Of a DNA stretch of 64,000 nt, positions 50,463-62,022 are shown in pieces (the first letter of the stretch is position 1; every line of letters starts with the position of its first letter). The DNA is from Nannocystis bainbridge (GTDB lineage: Bacteria; Myxococcota_A; Polyangia; Nannocystales; Nannocystaceae): positions 512,001-576,000 of the forward strand of contig NZ_JAQNDL010000001.1 of NCBI RefSeq assembly GCF_028368995.1, written 5' to 3'. A program made the position numbers and the translations under genes. Under the pieces are notes generated by a model. It made no database searches and was not told the origin of the DNA. It worked only from the letters and a program-made list of their open reading frames with translations.

Positions 50463-51170
50463 ATGAGTCAGAATCGAGCATACGTCAGCATTGTTTCGCG
50501 TCAGGCGGGACAGTTGCGCTTCGAGATGGTTCAAGGGGATCCGTCGTTTAGATTGCACAAGTTTGGGACTACCTACAACACGACTAAGCTCCCGACTGCC
50601 GATTTCACCATTGCCGGACGAAAATTGTCGACAGGCCGGTTCGATATCGAACAAATTGAGATTGGTGACAAGATCACGGCAGGAGTGAAGACTGCCCAAG
50701 ACACAGATTTCAGGCTCTGCTTCACTGGGGAGGTCGCCCACACCGAATTGATACAAACATCTCCGGAGGATGCAGACCTCATGGTTCATGGGGTGCATCC
50801 GTTTTGGCGGTGGACGGAGGGCGTGATCTCGATGCCTGAACGGTCCGGGGAACGCCATTTAAAGGATGTCTTGGACCAAATGGCTCAATCGGCTGGTCTT
50901 GGCAAAAATTCAGTTGTTGTTTCCGAGGCCGCTGATGTTACTTTGACCAGAGTACAGGCATCTCGGATTCCTGCGTTCCATTTGGTGAAGTTCCTGTTTT
51001 TGAAGTACGGTCTTTACGGTATGTTCGAGCTTGATGGGACCCTGTCGGTGCGCACGTATGAGGAAGAGTTGCAATTGTTTCTGACGACACCGCCGGTTGA
51101 GATCGGTGGCGACAATCTTCGATATCCGCTTCGGCGGATGAAGGGGCGTCGCCACGATGAGAAGCTGTGA
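50463..51170 (+). CDS. Hypothetical protein resembling the N-part of phage late-control gene D / baseplate hub (VgrG-like), possibly truncated
   Basis: FTGEV, LKDVLDQMAQSAGL, RVQ....FHLVKFLFLKYGLYGMFELDGTLSV pattern. Confidence 0.45.
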   Translation: MSQNRAYVSIVSRQAGQLRFEMVQGDPSFRLHKFGTTYNTTKLPTADFTIAGRKLSTGRFDIEQIEIGDKITAGVKTAQDTDFRLCFTGEVAHTELIQTSPEDADLMVHGVHPFWRWTEGVISMPERSGERHLKDVLDQMAQSAGLGKNSVVVSEAADVTLTRVQASRIPAFHLVKFLFLKYGLYGMFELDGTLSVRTYEEELQLFLTTPPVEIGGDNLRYPLRRMKGRRHDEKL

Positions 51171-51249
51171 GTTCTAGTACCGTTGGCTCTCCTCATCCAT
51201 CGGGCTCAAACCTCAACAACCCCCGCGAGGTCGAGCTGGTCGGCGACGC

Positions 51250-51500
51250 CTGCTCCAGAACGGTGAGGTCCAGGTCTTTCGTGGAACGACAAGGCCGCCG
51301 CCAACCGGGTCTGCCGCATGCAGACCAACGCCGATCTCGAGGCTTTCGGCCCTCACCGGATCCGGCACTCGGTCCTGTCCGTCCTCGCCAGGCGTGGGGT
51401 TTCGCCCTACGCGCTCCAGGCGTTCGCCAGGCATAAAAACCTGGAAACGACAATGAAATACTACATTCACCTGGAGAAGATCGCGCTTACCGCTCAGGCG
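51250..51500 (+). pseudogene. Tyrosine recombinase/integrase C-terminal remnant
   Basis: GPHRIRHS..LQAFARHKNLETTMKYY (HxxR, H, catalytic Y); N-terminal part absent. Confidence 0.8.
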
Positions 51501-52180
51501 GTCGACGGTCGACGCGCTCGATCTCGAGCGGGCGCTCACGCCCGCGAAGCCGGTTGCAAAGAAATTGCAACCCGACGCAAGCGGTCCCGACTTCCTGCAC
51601 TGAGGCAGGAATTCGGGCCAAGTGCTACTCCCCGCCTGCGTCCCACGCCGCCGCTCCGTGCCCGCCTGCGGAGAGCGTCGCCGGCCCCGCTTGTCGCCGT
51701 GCAAGGTTCGACGCTTGGCGCTCCGTGCCCGCCGTCACCCAGATCTTCAGGGCCCGCGTCTTCAGCCACGCGATTTCCTGGACAGGCTGCTAGCCGCCGG
51801 TTCCCCGCCCCCGAACGGCTCAGCCTGGCGTGCGCGACAGGGTCCGTGACGTCATGGCAGCTGCGGGCGCCCCGATGAGCCCGCCGCGTCGCGCGGGCAG
51901 CCTTTCAATCGTTCCAGGATCGGCCGCCTCGCTCCATGAACGAGCGCCCGAACCGTCGCTATCGCTGGATTGAACGGTCCGGAGGCTGGCTTCGGCATTC
52001 GCAGGCGGACCCGGAATCACCAGTACGCGCAGTGGCCGCCGGCTCTGTGCCTGGGCGCCCATGGGCGCCCAGAGGCACCCCACGGCCTCGTTCGGCCGAC
52101 TTGCGCGGCAGCGATGGGACCTTGCAGTAGCAGCAGGGGAGTCCCTAATATTTCGACTCCCCACGATCCCAGGATTTAGC

Positions 52181-53947
<1,767 letters not shown>

Positions 53948-53981
53948 CCCCATCTTCCCCCACTCCACGACGCGGACCCTC

Positions 53982-55505
53982 ATGACGACCCCCGCAACCG
54001 CTCGCACCCTCGCCCTGACAGCGCTCCTCTCGACGGCGCTCGCCGCCGGACCGGCGTCCGCCCAGGAGCCCGCCGCCGCCGCCTCCGCAGACGCGGCCGT
54101 GGCGGCCCCTGCAGCGCCCGCCGCCTCGACCGGCGCCCGCGCCAGCGACAATTCGACCCCGTGGATCAAGCGCTACCGACCGGTCCGCAATTCGTGGGAG
54201 CTCGGGATCTACGGCGGCGTCTTTTTGCCCTCGGCCCGCCACGAGTTCTACGAGCCGGACCTGCGCGTCGAGGGCTTCGGCTATCAACGCCTCGGCCGCG
54301 CCGGCGCCGACGTCGGCCTGCGCGTCGGCTACTACCCGCTGAGCTTCTTGGGCCTCGAGCTCGAGGGCGGCGTCATGCCGATGCGGGTGGCCGACGGCAG
54401 CTCGGCGACGCTCTACACCTTCCGCCCGGTCGCCGTGGCCCAGCTCCCGTACCGGATCGCGCCGTTCGTCCGCGTCGGCTTCGGCCTGCTCGGCATCAGC
54501 TCGCCGACGCTCGGCCGGGACATCGATCCGACCCTCAACATCGGCGGCGGCGTGAAGTTCTACGTCAATCGCCTGCTGGCGCTGCGCCTCGACATCGTCG
54601 ACAACGTCGCCACCGCGCGCGGCGTCGGCAACGCGCGCTCGAACAACCTCGAGGTCCTGCTCGGCCTGTCGCTCCGGCTCGGCAAGCACAAGGACACGGC
54701 CGCGCCCCTGAGGGACAGCGACGGCGACGGCCTCTACGATCCGGGCCAGGCCGGCGTCGCGGCGGCCGACGAGGACGCGTGCCCGCACGAGCCCGGCCCG
54801 CGCGAGAACCGGGGCTGCCCGCTGCGCGACAGCGACGGCGACGGCCTGTACGACCCCGGCCAGGGCGGGGTCGCGGCGGCCGACGAGGACGCGTGCCCGC
54901 AGGAGCCGGGCCCGCGCGAGAGCCAGGGCTGCCCGCTCATCGACACCGACAAGGACGGCCTCTTCGATCCGGGCCAGCCGGTGGCGGCCGCCGACATCGA
55001 CCTGTGCCCGAGCGAGCCGGGCCCGCGCGAGCTCAAGGGCTGCCCCGACCGCGATCAGGACCGGATCATCGACAAGCTCGACAAGTGCCCGGACCAGCCC
55101 GAGGTCTACAACCAGATCGCCGACAGCGACGGCTGCCCGGACGAGATCCCGAAGGCGGTCAAGAAGATCTCGGGGGTGCTCCAGGGCATCTACTTCGACG
55201 TCGACAAGGACTCGATCAAGCCGCGTTCGAAGCCGATCCTCGACAAGGCGATCAAGGTCCTCAAGGAGTACTCCGAGACGCGCTGGCGCATCGAGGGCCA
55301 CACCGACGCCGACGGCGACCGCGACCACAACATGGACCTCTCGCAGCGCCGCGCCGAGGCGGTCCGCACCTACCTCATCGAGCACGGGATCGACGCCGAG
55401 CGCCTGGTGCCCAAGGGCTTCGGCCCCGAGCAGCCGATCGACACCAACGCGACCGCCAAGGGCAAGGCCAAGAACCGCCGCATCGAGTTCAAGCTGATCG
55501 ATTGA
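53982..55505 (+). CDS. OmpA-family protein: outer-membrane beta-barrel, TSP3-like Ca-binding repeats, OmpA C-terminal PG-binding domain
   Basis: Signal peptide; three D.D.DGL.DPGQ..D.CP.EPGPRE..GCP repeats; IEGHTD, LSQRRAEAV, NRRIEF. Confidence 0.92.
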   Translation: MTTPATARTLALTALLSTALAAGPASAQEPAAAASADAAVAAPAAPAASTGARASDNSTPWIKRYRPVRNSWELGIYGGVFLPSARHEFYEPDLRVEGFGYQRLGRAGADVGLRVGYYPLSFLGLELEGGVMPMRVADGSSATLYTFRPVAVAQLPYRIAPFVRVGFGLLGISSPTLGRDIDPTLNIGGGVKFYVNRLLALRLDIVDNVATARGVGNARSNNLEVLLGLSLRLGKHKDTAAPLRDSDGDGLYDPGQAGVAAADEDACPHEPGPRENRGCPLRDSDGDGLYDPGQGGVAAADEDACPQEPGPRESQGCPLIDTDKDGLFDPGQPVAAADIDLCPSEPGPRELKGCPDRDQDRIIDKLDKCPDQPEVYNQIADSDGCPDEIPKAVKKISGVLQGIYFDVDKDSIKPRSKPILDKAIKVLKEYSETRWRIEGHTDADGDRDHNMDLSQRRAEAVRTYLIEHGIDAERLVPKGFGPEQPIDTNATAKGKAKNRRIEFKLID

Positions 55506-55704
55506 TCGGCCGGCGATGCGGGCCCGCTCGGCGAGCCCGCAGTGCACGGGCTCGCGGGCGGCGCTCGCGAGCCCGTCCGTTTGAGGACAGCCCGCGCGTG
55601 CGGGCCGTCCGAAATGCTCGATCCTGCTGCGCGCGCAGGTTCGAGCCGGCGAAATCCAGCGCCGGCGCCGACGCCGGTGGTACATCTGTTTTCAGATCGC
55701 GAGC

Positions 55705-56358
55705 ATGCGAGAGCGGCGCTTCATCGAGGCTTTCACGGCGCCCCTGCTGGCGCTCGCGTGGCTCCTCGCCGACACGCCGACGGCGCTCGCGCGGGCCGAC
55801 GATCCGGACGCCGCGACGCTCGCCCGCGAACCGCCGCTCGAAGCCCCCCTGGGCAGCGCACCGCTCGCCAGCGAACCGCTGGACGTGTGGGTCAGCCCCG
55901 CGCGCCCGGGCACCGACGAGATCGTCACCGAGGTGCCCGTCGAGCCGCGCGAGCCGCCCACGAGCCCCGAGACCGCCCAGGTCGCCGCCGAGGCACCCGA
56001 CACTCCGACCGTATTGCCGGTGGTGGAGACCATCCAGATCGCCGCCGAGAAGCCGCGTCGCCCGCGTCGCCCGCCGCTGCCCCCGGCCAAGCGCGAGCTC
56101 CGGCAGGCGCGCGGGCTGCTCGCCGGCGGCATCATCCTCGCCACGCTCTGCTCGGCCGGCTTCGGCTTCATCACCTATGCCCTGATAGCAGGCCGCGATC
56201 GATTCAACGACCGCTCGCGCAGCGGCGCATACACCATGCTCGGCGCCACCTTCAGCTGCACCCTCGCCTCGGCCGCGGGGATCGGCGTCGGGGCCCGGAA
56301 GCTGCGCAGCCTCAAGGGCCGCGTCGCGTGGACCGGCGGGCTCGGGCTCCGCTTCTAG
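55705..56358 (+). CDS. Hypothetical exported/membrane protein
   Basis: Signal peptide, Pro-rich linker, two hydrophobic helices, C-terminal GLGLRF. Confidence 0.7.
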   Translation: MRERRFIEAFTAPLLALAWLLADTPTALARADDPDAATLAREPPLEAPLGSAPLASEPLDVWVSPARPGTDEIVTEVPVEPREPPTSPETAQVAAEAPDTPTVLPVVETIQIAAEKPRRPRRPPLPPAKRELRQARGLLAGGIILATLCSAGFGFITYALIAGRDRFNDRSRSGAYTMLGATFSCTLASAAGIGVGARKLRSLKGRVAWTGGLGLRF

Positions 56359-56573
56359 CGGACCGGCTCAGCGGTGCGCCTTGAACCTGGGCGGCCTGCT
56401 CGCACAGCGGCGAGCGCCGCGTCGACGGCCCGGCCGTCCCCGCTCATCCCACAAACAGGCGGAGGCTGCGACTCTCGCCCGTCCGGCCGGCGGAACTGCT
56501 CCGCGCCGACATCGCGGCCGGGAATCTATGGACGTCCGGTTGTGATCGGCCCAGCATTTGCCATGGGCGCGAC

Positions 56574-57212
56574 ATGCTCACCGAACTCCTCATCGCCGTC
56601 TCGCTGTTCGCGGCGCCCGCTGCCGGTCCCGCGCCCGCCACGCCGGACGAGTTCTTGGACAGGGCGGCCAGGGCGAACGATGTCACCGAGGCTGACTTCG
56701 AGGCCGTGTTGAACGACCTCGAATTGTCGATCGACCTTCATCATGTCGACGCCTTCGTGGAGACCGCGCACGGAATCCACATGCAGGTCGATTATCCCAT
56801 CGCGCTCGGTCACGTGACAATTACCATGCGCATGGGCGAGGAGGGTACCGGCGTGGCGCGACTGACTCTCAACCAGCGCGTGCTCGCCGAGCAGAAATTC
56901 GTAGACGGCAAAGTCATCACGGAGAGCACCGCGTTCGGCGCTCTCACCGATGAGGAAGCGTATCTCCTGGTCGCAAGCGTCTATCAGGTCTGGGACCACG
57001 AGGTCGTCATCAAGGCCCTGGCGGAGACGCGAGGGCTGCTTTGCGGTCTCGCGGCCGGAATCAGCTTCCTGGCAATTTCCGCCGGCGTGTTCGCTGGCTG
57101 CGAATTGGCAACGTCAGGCCTCGGCACCGCCGCCTGTGTCACTCTGGGCGGCGGGCTGGGGACGCAGACCGGGGCCATCGTGCATGACAAATGCAAGAAG
57201 GCGCAGAACTAG
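56574..57212 (+). CDS. Secreted precursor-like protein with C-terminal Gly-rich 4-Cys hydrophobic peptide
   Basis: MLTELLIAVSLFAA signal; tail C-x18-C-x11-C-x18-C. Confidence 0.75.
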   Translation: MLTELLIAVSLFAAPAAGPAPATPDEFLDRAARANDVTEADFEAVLNDLELSIDLHHVDAFVETAHGIHMQVDYPIALGHVTITMRMGEEGTGVARLTLNQRVLAEQKFVDGKVITESTAFGALTDEEAYLLVASVYQVWDHEVVIKALAETRGLLCGLAAGISFLAISAGVFAGCELATSGLGTAACVTLGGGLGTQTGAIVHDKCKKAQN

Positions 57213-57226
57213 CCGAGACGGGGCCC

Positions 57227-57907
57227 ATGTCTGCGCTCAGGGTTTATACGCCGCTCCCCCCCCAGCCTTGGGGCTGGTTGCCGACTGACCAATTCTGGGC
57301 GCGGGCATTGCTGACACCCATCGCGCTCATCTTCTGGTTGCCCTTCGCCGTCTTCGTCTTTCCGCTCACGCTGCATTTTAACGTGGCCTGGTGGCAGACC
57401 GCGCTGGGCTTCTACCTATACCATCAACTCTGGGGGGGGCTCGTGGAGCGGCTTGCCCGCAGGCGGTTCGCCCAGCTTCATCGGCGCGTGCTGGTCGCTG
57501 ATGCGGGTATAGAGACCTCATCGACGGAGGAAGTGCGTGCGCCCGTCTCTCGTTTGAGCGGGCTCGATGACTACGAGGACTTCATGACCCGGTGGTTCGG
57601 GAGATACGACCGCCTGGTCCATCACGTCTTCCACCTCGCGTTCCTCGTCTTCATGTTCTACCCAGGCTGGTGGACGAAGGCCCTGGGGGTCCTGTGGATC
57701 CTCGGCTTTACCAAGTTCGTCCGCGCATCCACTCGGCGCCAGCGACTCCATTCGCCTGTGGACCCGGTCCTCCCTGCGACGCCTACTGCGTGTGGCGTTG
57801 GGTCGTGGGAACGCCGGCAGACGATAGCGGCTGTTGGGGAGATGCCCCACCCGGCGCTGGAGGGCGACGACAGACGACCAGGCGACCCGCACGAGCGCGT
57901 CGGGTGA
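57227..57907 (+). CDS. Membrane protein co-transcribed with 56574 (possible immunity partner)
   Basis: About 4 aromatic-rich TM segments; 14 bp after upstream stop. Confidence 0.65.
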   Translation: MSALRVYTPLPPQPWGWLPTDQFWARALLTPIALIFWLPFAVFVFPLTLHFNVAWWQTALGFYLYHQLWGGLVERLARRRFAQLHRRVLVADAGIETSSTEEVRAPVSRLSGLDDYEDFMTRWFGRYDRLVHHVFHLAFLVFMFYPGWWTKALGVLWILGFTKFVRASTRRQRLHSPVDPVLPATPTACGVGSWERRQTIAAVGEMPHPALEGDDRRPGDPHERVG

Positions 57908-58060
57908 GCCCCGCCTGCGGAGCGCGCCCGGAGCCCCGTCGTGGCTCGGAACAGTTTCGCGGGCCGGGTGCCGAACTACCCACTACCGCGCCTGCGCTCG
58001 CGCGAGCCGTCGACGCCAGGCGCGACGGCTGAACTGCCTCGCGCCGCCGATGCGGCGCGC

Positions 58061-58429
58061 TCACACGTGCTGGTCGAACAGGATCGGGTTGCCGTCGGGA
58101 TCGACGACCACGAAGCTGGCCGGCCCGGTCGTCGTCTCGTCGGCCGCGGTGATCGGCTCGATGCCCTCGGCGCGGAGCCGGCGCTGCAGCTCGCGCACGT
58201 CGACGAACGCCGGCAGCCTATTGCAGTCGCTGTCCCACCCGGGGTTGAACGTGAGGATGTTGCGCTCGAACATCCCCTGGAACAGGCCGACGATCGCCGC
58301 CCCGCTCTTGAGGATCGCGTAGCTGCTCCCGTTGCCGGCCACGACCTCGAACCCGAGCTTTTGATAGAAGCTGCGGGACACCGCGAGGTCCTTGACGGTG
58401 AGGCTGACCGAGAAATTTCCGAGGGGCAT
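58061..58429 (-). CDS. VOC/glyoxalase family protein
   Basis: LGNFSVSL.VKDL..S..FY.KLGF, DPDGNPILFDQHV. Confidence 0.9.
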   Translation of the reverse strand: MPLGNFSVSLTVKDLAVSRSFYQKLGFEVVAGNGSSYAILKSGAAIVGLFQGMFERNILTFNPGWDSDCNRLPAFVDVRELQRRLRAEGIEPITAADETTTGPASFVVVDPDGNPILFDQHV

Positions 58430-58553
58430 GCTCTGATGCGTGGTCACGGGGCGCACTCTATGCTTTCGCGGTCATCGTGTCCTCGCCGGACTGACCATTC
58501 GATCGCGGCGAGAATTACGGCGCCAGCGCCGGCGGGCTGGCGCCGCGCGCGGC

Positions 58554-59723
58554 TCAGGGCCGCAGCACCACCTTGATGCAGCCGTCCTGCTTGTCGCGGA
58601 ACGTCTTGTACGCCTCGGGCGCTTGCTCGAGCGGCAGGCGGTGCGTGACCACGAACGACGGGTCGATCGCGCCGGCCTCGATCTTCTCGAGCAGCGGCCG
58701 CAGGTAGCGCTGGACCGGCGTCTGGCCCATGCGGAAGGTCAGGCCCTTGTTGACCGCGGCGCCCATCGGCATTTTGTCGACCGCGCCGACGTAGACGCCG
58801 GGGATCGACAGCGTGCCGAACTTGCGGCAGCACATGATCGCCTCGCGCAGCACGTGGGCGCGGTCGGTCGCCAGGTTGACCGCGGTTTTGACCTTGTCCA
58901 TCACCGCGTCGGCGCTGCCGGCCCCGTGGGCCTCGCAGCCGACGGCGTCGATGCAGCGATCGGGGCCGCGGCCGCCGGTCAATTCCATCAGTCGGTCGTA
59001 GACCTTCGTCTCGTCGAAGTTGATCGTCTCCGCCTTGCCGGCCTCTGCCATGCGCAGGCGCTCGGGCACGCGATCGATCGCCACCACCCGGCCCGCGCCG
59101 AGCATCCAGGCGCTGCGGATCGCCATCTGCGCCACCGGCCCGCAGCCCCAGATCGCCACCGTGTCGCCCGGCTCGATGCCGCACAGCTCGGCCGCGAAGT
59201 AGCCGGTCGGGAAGATGTCGGAGAGGAACAGCACCTGCTCGTCGCTGAGCCCCGAGTCGATCTTGATCGGGCCGACGTCGGCGTAGGGCACCCGCAGGTA
59301 CTGGGCCTGCCCGCCGGCGAACCCGCCGAGCATGTGCGAATAGCCGAGCAGGCCCGCGGGCGACTGGCCCATCGCCTCGCGGGCCATGTGCGCGTTCGGG
59401 TTGCTGACGTCGCAGCCGCTGTGCTCGCCGCGCCGGCAGAAGAAGCACGAGCCGCAGGCGAGCACGAACGGGACCACCACGCGGTCGCCCTTCTTGAGGT
59501 TCGTGACCGCCTTGCCGACCTCCACCACCTCGCCCATCGGCTCGTGGCCGAGGATGTCGCCGGACTCCATGGTCGGCATGAACCCGTCATAGAGATGCAG
59601 GTCCGAGCCGCAGATCGCCGTGGCCGTGACCCGGATGATGATGTCGCGCGAGTCGAGGATCGTGGGATCGGGGACATCGTCGACGCGGACGTCGCCCTTG
59701 CCGTGCCAGCACAGTGCTCTCAT
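58554..59723 (-). CDS. Zn-dependent alcohol dehydrogenase (formaldehyde-dehydrogenase-like MDR)
   Basis: ICGSDLH, GHEPMG, CGSCFFC, SDIFPTG, GCGPV. Confidence 0.92.
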   Translation of the reverse strand: MRALCWHGKGDVRVDDVPDPTILDSRDIIIRVTATAICGSDLHLYDGFMPTMESGDILGHEPMGEVVEVGKAVTNLKKGDRVVVPFVLACGSCFFCRRGEHSGCDVSNPNAHMAREAMGQSPAGLLGYSHMLGGFAGGQAQYLRVPYADVGPIKIDSGLSDEQVLFLSDIFPTGYFAAELCGIEPGDTVAIWGCGPVAQMAIRSAWMLGAGRVVAIDRVPERLRMAEAGKAETINFDETKVYDRLMELTGGRGPDRCIDAVGCEAHGAGSADAVMDKVKTAVNLATDRAHVLREAIMCCRKFGTLSIPGVYVGAVDKMPMGAAVNKGLTFRMGQTPVQRYLRPLLEKIEAGAIDPSFVVTHRLPLEQAPEAYKTFRDKQDGCIKVVLRP

Positions 59724-60284
59724 GACGGTGTTCTCCAGTGCGATGAAAATTCGCGGGCGACCGCTCGCATTCCCGCCGCCGCCACGACCACCGCAAACCT
59801 GAGCGATCGCGGTGCGGGTGCAACGAACTCGCCGTCGCCGATCGTGCGAGCTCGGCCGGGAGGCGCCGGGGCCCGCGTCGCCCCCCGCCCTCGCGCCCCC
59901 CGCCGGAGAAGGTCGAGAAATGGCCGGGATCCAGCGACCACGACCGTTCGCAGCGCCACCGCGCGCGGGCCGCAACGGTCCCCGGCGCGCATTTTCCATC
60001 GTTCGCGCCGCCGCTCCTCGGACCTCTACAGCGAGCAGAGCCGGCCGGGCCGGCCCGCGGGGTGCCATGAATCGAGCCGGTCTCTCCGCCTCGCTGTCAC
60101 TTTCCCGGGGTTTTTACTCGTTCGGCGGCGGGCGGATGATCCTCGCATTCGGGGCCCGGCGGGCGCCTCGCTCGCAGCCCTCGCGCGAATGCTCGATCTC
60201 GGCTTGCTCGCCACGGTCTCCTGCCTACAGTTCTCGTGGCAGTTGCATCCGCCTGCGGGCGGGGAGCGACAAGGAGATTTTGTC

Positions 60285-60764
60285 ATGACGAAGCGAACGA
60301 TCTACGACATCCTGAAGCGAGAGCACGAAGAGGTCAGCGAGCTGTTTCACGAGCTCGAGGAGGCCGAGGGCGCCGAGGCCCTCGCGCTGTACTCCCAGCT
60401 CAAGCTGAAGCTGGTGCCGCACGCCAAGGCGGAGGAGGCCGTGGTCTACCCGCGATTCCTGCAGGAGTCGCAGGCCGTCGACATCACCCGCGAGGGCATC
60501 GAGGAGCACAAGCAGGTCGACCACCTGCTGGCCGAGCTCGACGGGACCAGCACCGACGCCGAGAACTGGACGGCCAAGATCAAGGTGCTCGCCGACATGG
60601 TCGGCCACCACGTCGACGAGGAGGAGCTGCAGATGTTCCCGCTGGCCCAGCAGAGCCTGTCGGAGCGCGACGCGGCGCAGCTGGCCGACGCTTACGAGCG
60701 CGAGCGCGACGCGTGGATCGAACACATGAAGGCGGCCGAGCAGCGACGCACGGCGGCCGCGTGA
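60285..60764 (+). CDS. Hemerythrin (HHE) domain protein
   Basis: EH, HAKAEE, EEH, HHVDEEE; AAGGAG RBS. Confidence 0.88.
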   Translation: MTKRTIYDILKREHEEVSELFHELEEAEGAEALALYSQLKLKLVPHAKAEEAVVYPRFLQESQAVDITREGIEEHKQVDHLLAELDGTSTDAENWTAKIKVLADMVGHHVDEEELQMFPLAQQSLSERDAAQLADAYERERDAWIEHMKAAEQRRTAAA

Positions 60765-60803
60765 CACCGGAACAGGGAAGCAAGGGAGGAGGAGGAGGAA
60801 GCC

Positions 60804-60986
60804 ATGTCTGACGACCCGAACATCAACGGTCCGCAGGACCGCAAGCTCATCAACGTCCACCAGGAGCACGAAGTCCGCTCGTGGACGAGAGCGCTCAATA
60901 CGACCCCGGAGAAGCTGCGCGAGGCCGTCCAGGCGGTCGGGACCTCGGCCGAGCGGGTCCGCGAGTACCTCCAGGGTAATCAATGA
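60804..60986 (+). CDS. DUF3606 domain small protein
   Basis: GPQDR..IN....EVRSW...L......LREAV.AVG.S...VREYL. Confidence 0.88.
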   Translation: MSDDPNINGPQDRKLINVHQEHEVRSWTRALNTTPEKLREAVQAVGTSAERVREYLQGNQ

Positions 60987-61036
60987 CCCGGTGACTCGTA
61001 CCCGCAGGCGGGCTCACGCGACGCGTGGGCTCGCCT

Positions 61037-62020
61037 TCAATTGTGCGCATAACCGTGGGGATGCGCCCGCATCCAGCTCCACGCCGAATCGATGATCTTG
61101 GCCAGCGCCCCGGGCCGCGGGTGCCAGCCCAGCTCCTTCTCGATGCGCGTCGAGCTGGCGACCAGGACCGCCGGATCGCCGGCCCTGCGCGCGCCGACGC
61201 GGACCGGGATCGCGGCCCCGGTGACCTCGCGCGCCACGTCGAGGACCTCGCGCACGCTGTAGCCGGCGCCGCCGCAGCCGAGGTTGTAGGTGCAGCTGCC
61301 GCGCTCCAGGCCGTCCAGGGCCAGGACGTGCGCGCGCGCCAGATCGACGACGTGCACGTAGTCCCGCACGCAGGTGCCGTCGGGGGTCGGATAATCGTCG
61401 CCGAACACTGTCACGTGGGGCGAGCGCCCGGCCGCGACCTGCAGGACCAGCGGGATCAGGTGCGTCTCCGGATCGTGGACCTCCCCGCAGCGGGCGCTCG
61501 CCCCGGCCGCGTTGAAGTAGCGCAGCGAGGCCGAGCGCAGGCCGTGGGCCCCGCCGTACCACGCCAGCGCGCGCTCGAGCGCGAGCTTGGTCTCGCCATA
61601 CGGATTGGTCGGTCGCGTCGCCGCGGTCTCCTCGATCGGCTGGCGCTCGGGCTCGCCGTAGACCGCCGCGGTCGACGAGAACACCAGGCGCAGCACCCCG
61701 ACCTCGACCATGGCGTCGAGCAGGCCGAGGCCGGCGACCATGTTGTTGTTGTAGTATTTCTCGGGCCGCTGCACCGATTCGCCGACCAGCGAGTCGGCCG
61801 CCATGTGGACCACCGCCTCGATCCGCGCCTCGCGCAAGATCTGGCGCAGCCGCGTCGGCTCGCGCAGGTCGGCGCGGATCAGCTCGACCTCGGGCGGCAC
61901 GGCGTCGGCGTGGCCCTTGCTGAGGTTGTCGATGACGGTGACCGCGTGGCCGGCCGCGAGCAGCTCTTCCACGACCACGCTGCCGATGTAGCCGGCGCCG
62001 CCGGTGACGAGGATGTGCAT
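61037..62020 (-). CDS. galE: UDP-glucose 4-epimerase
   Basis: GGAGYIGS, SSTAAVYG, YGETK, RYFN, RDYVHV. Confidence 0.93.
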   Translation of the reverse strand: MHILVTGGAGYIGSVVVEELLAAGHAVTVIDNLSKGHADAVPPEVELIRADLREPTRLRQILREARIEAVVHMAADSLVGESVQRPEKYYNNNMVAGLGLLDAMVEVGVLRLVFSSTAAVYGEPERQPIEETAATRPTNPYGETKLALERALAWYGGAHGLRSASLRYFNAAGASARCGEVHDPETHLIPLVLQVAAGRSPHVTVFGDDYPTPDGTCVRDYVHVVDLARAHVLALDGLERGSCTYNLGCGGAGYSVREVLDVAREVTGAAIPVRVGARRAGDPAVLVASSTRIEKELGWHPRPGALAKIIDSAWSWMRAHPHGYAHN

Positions 62021-62022
62021 GC

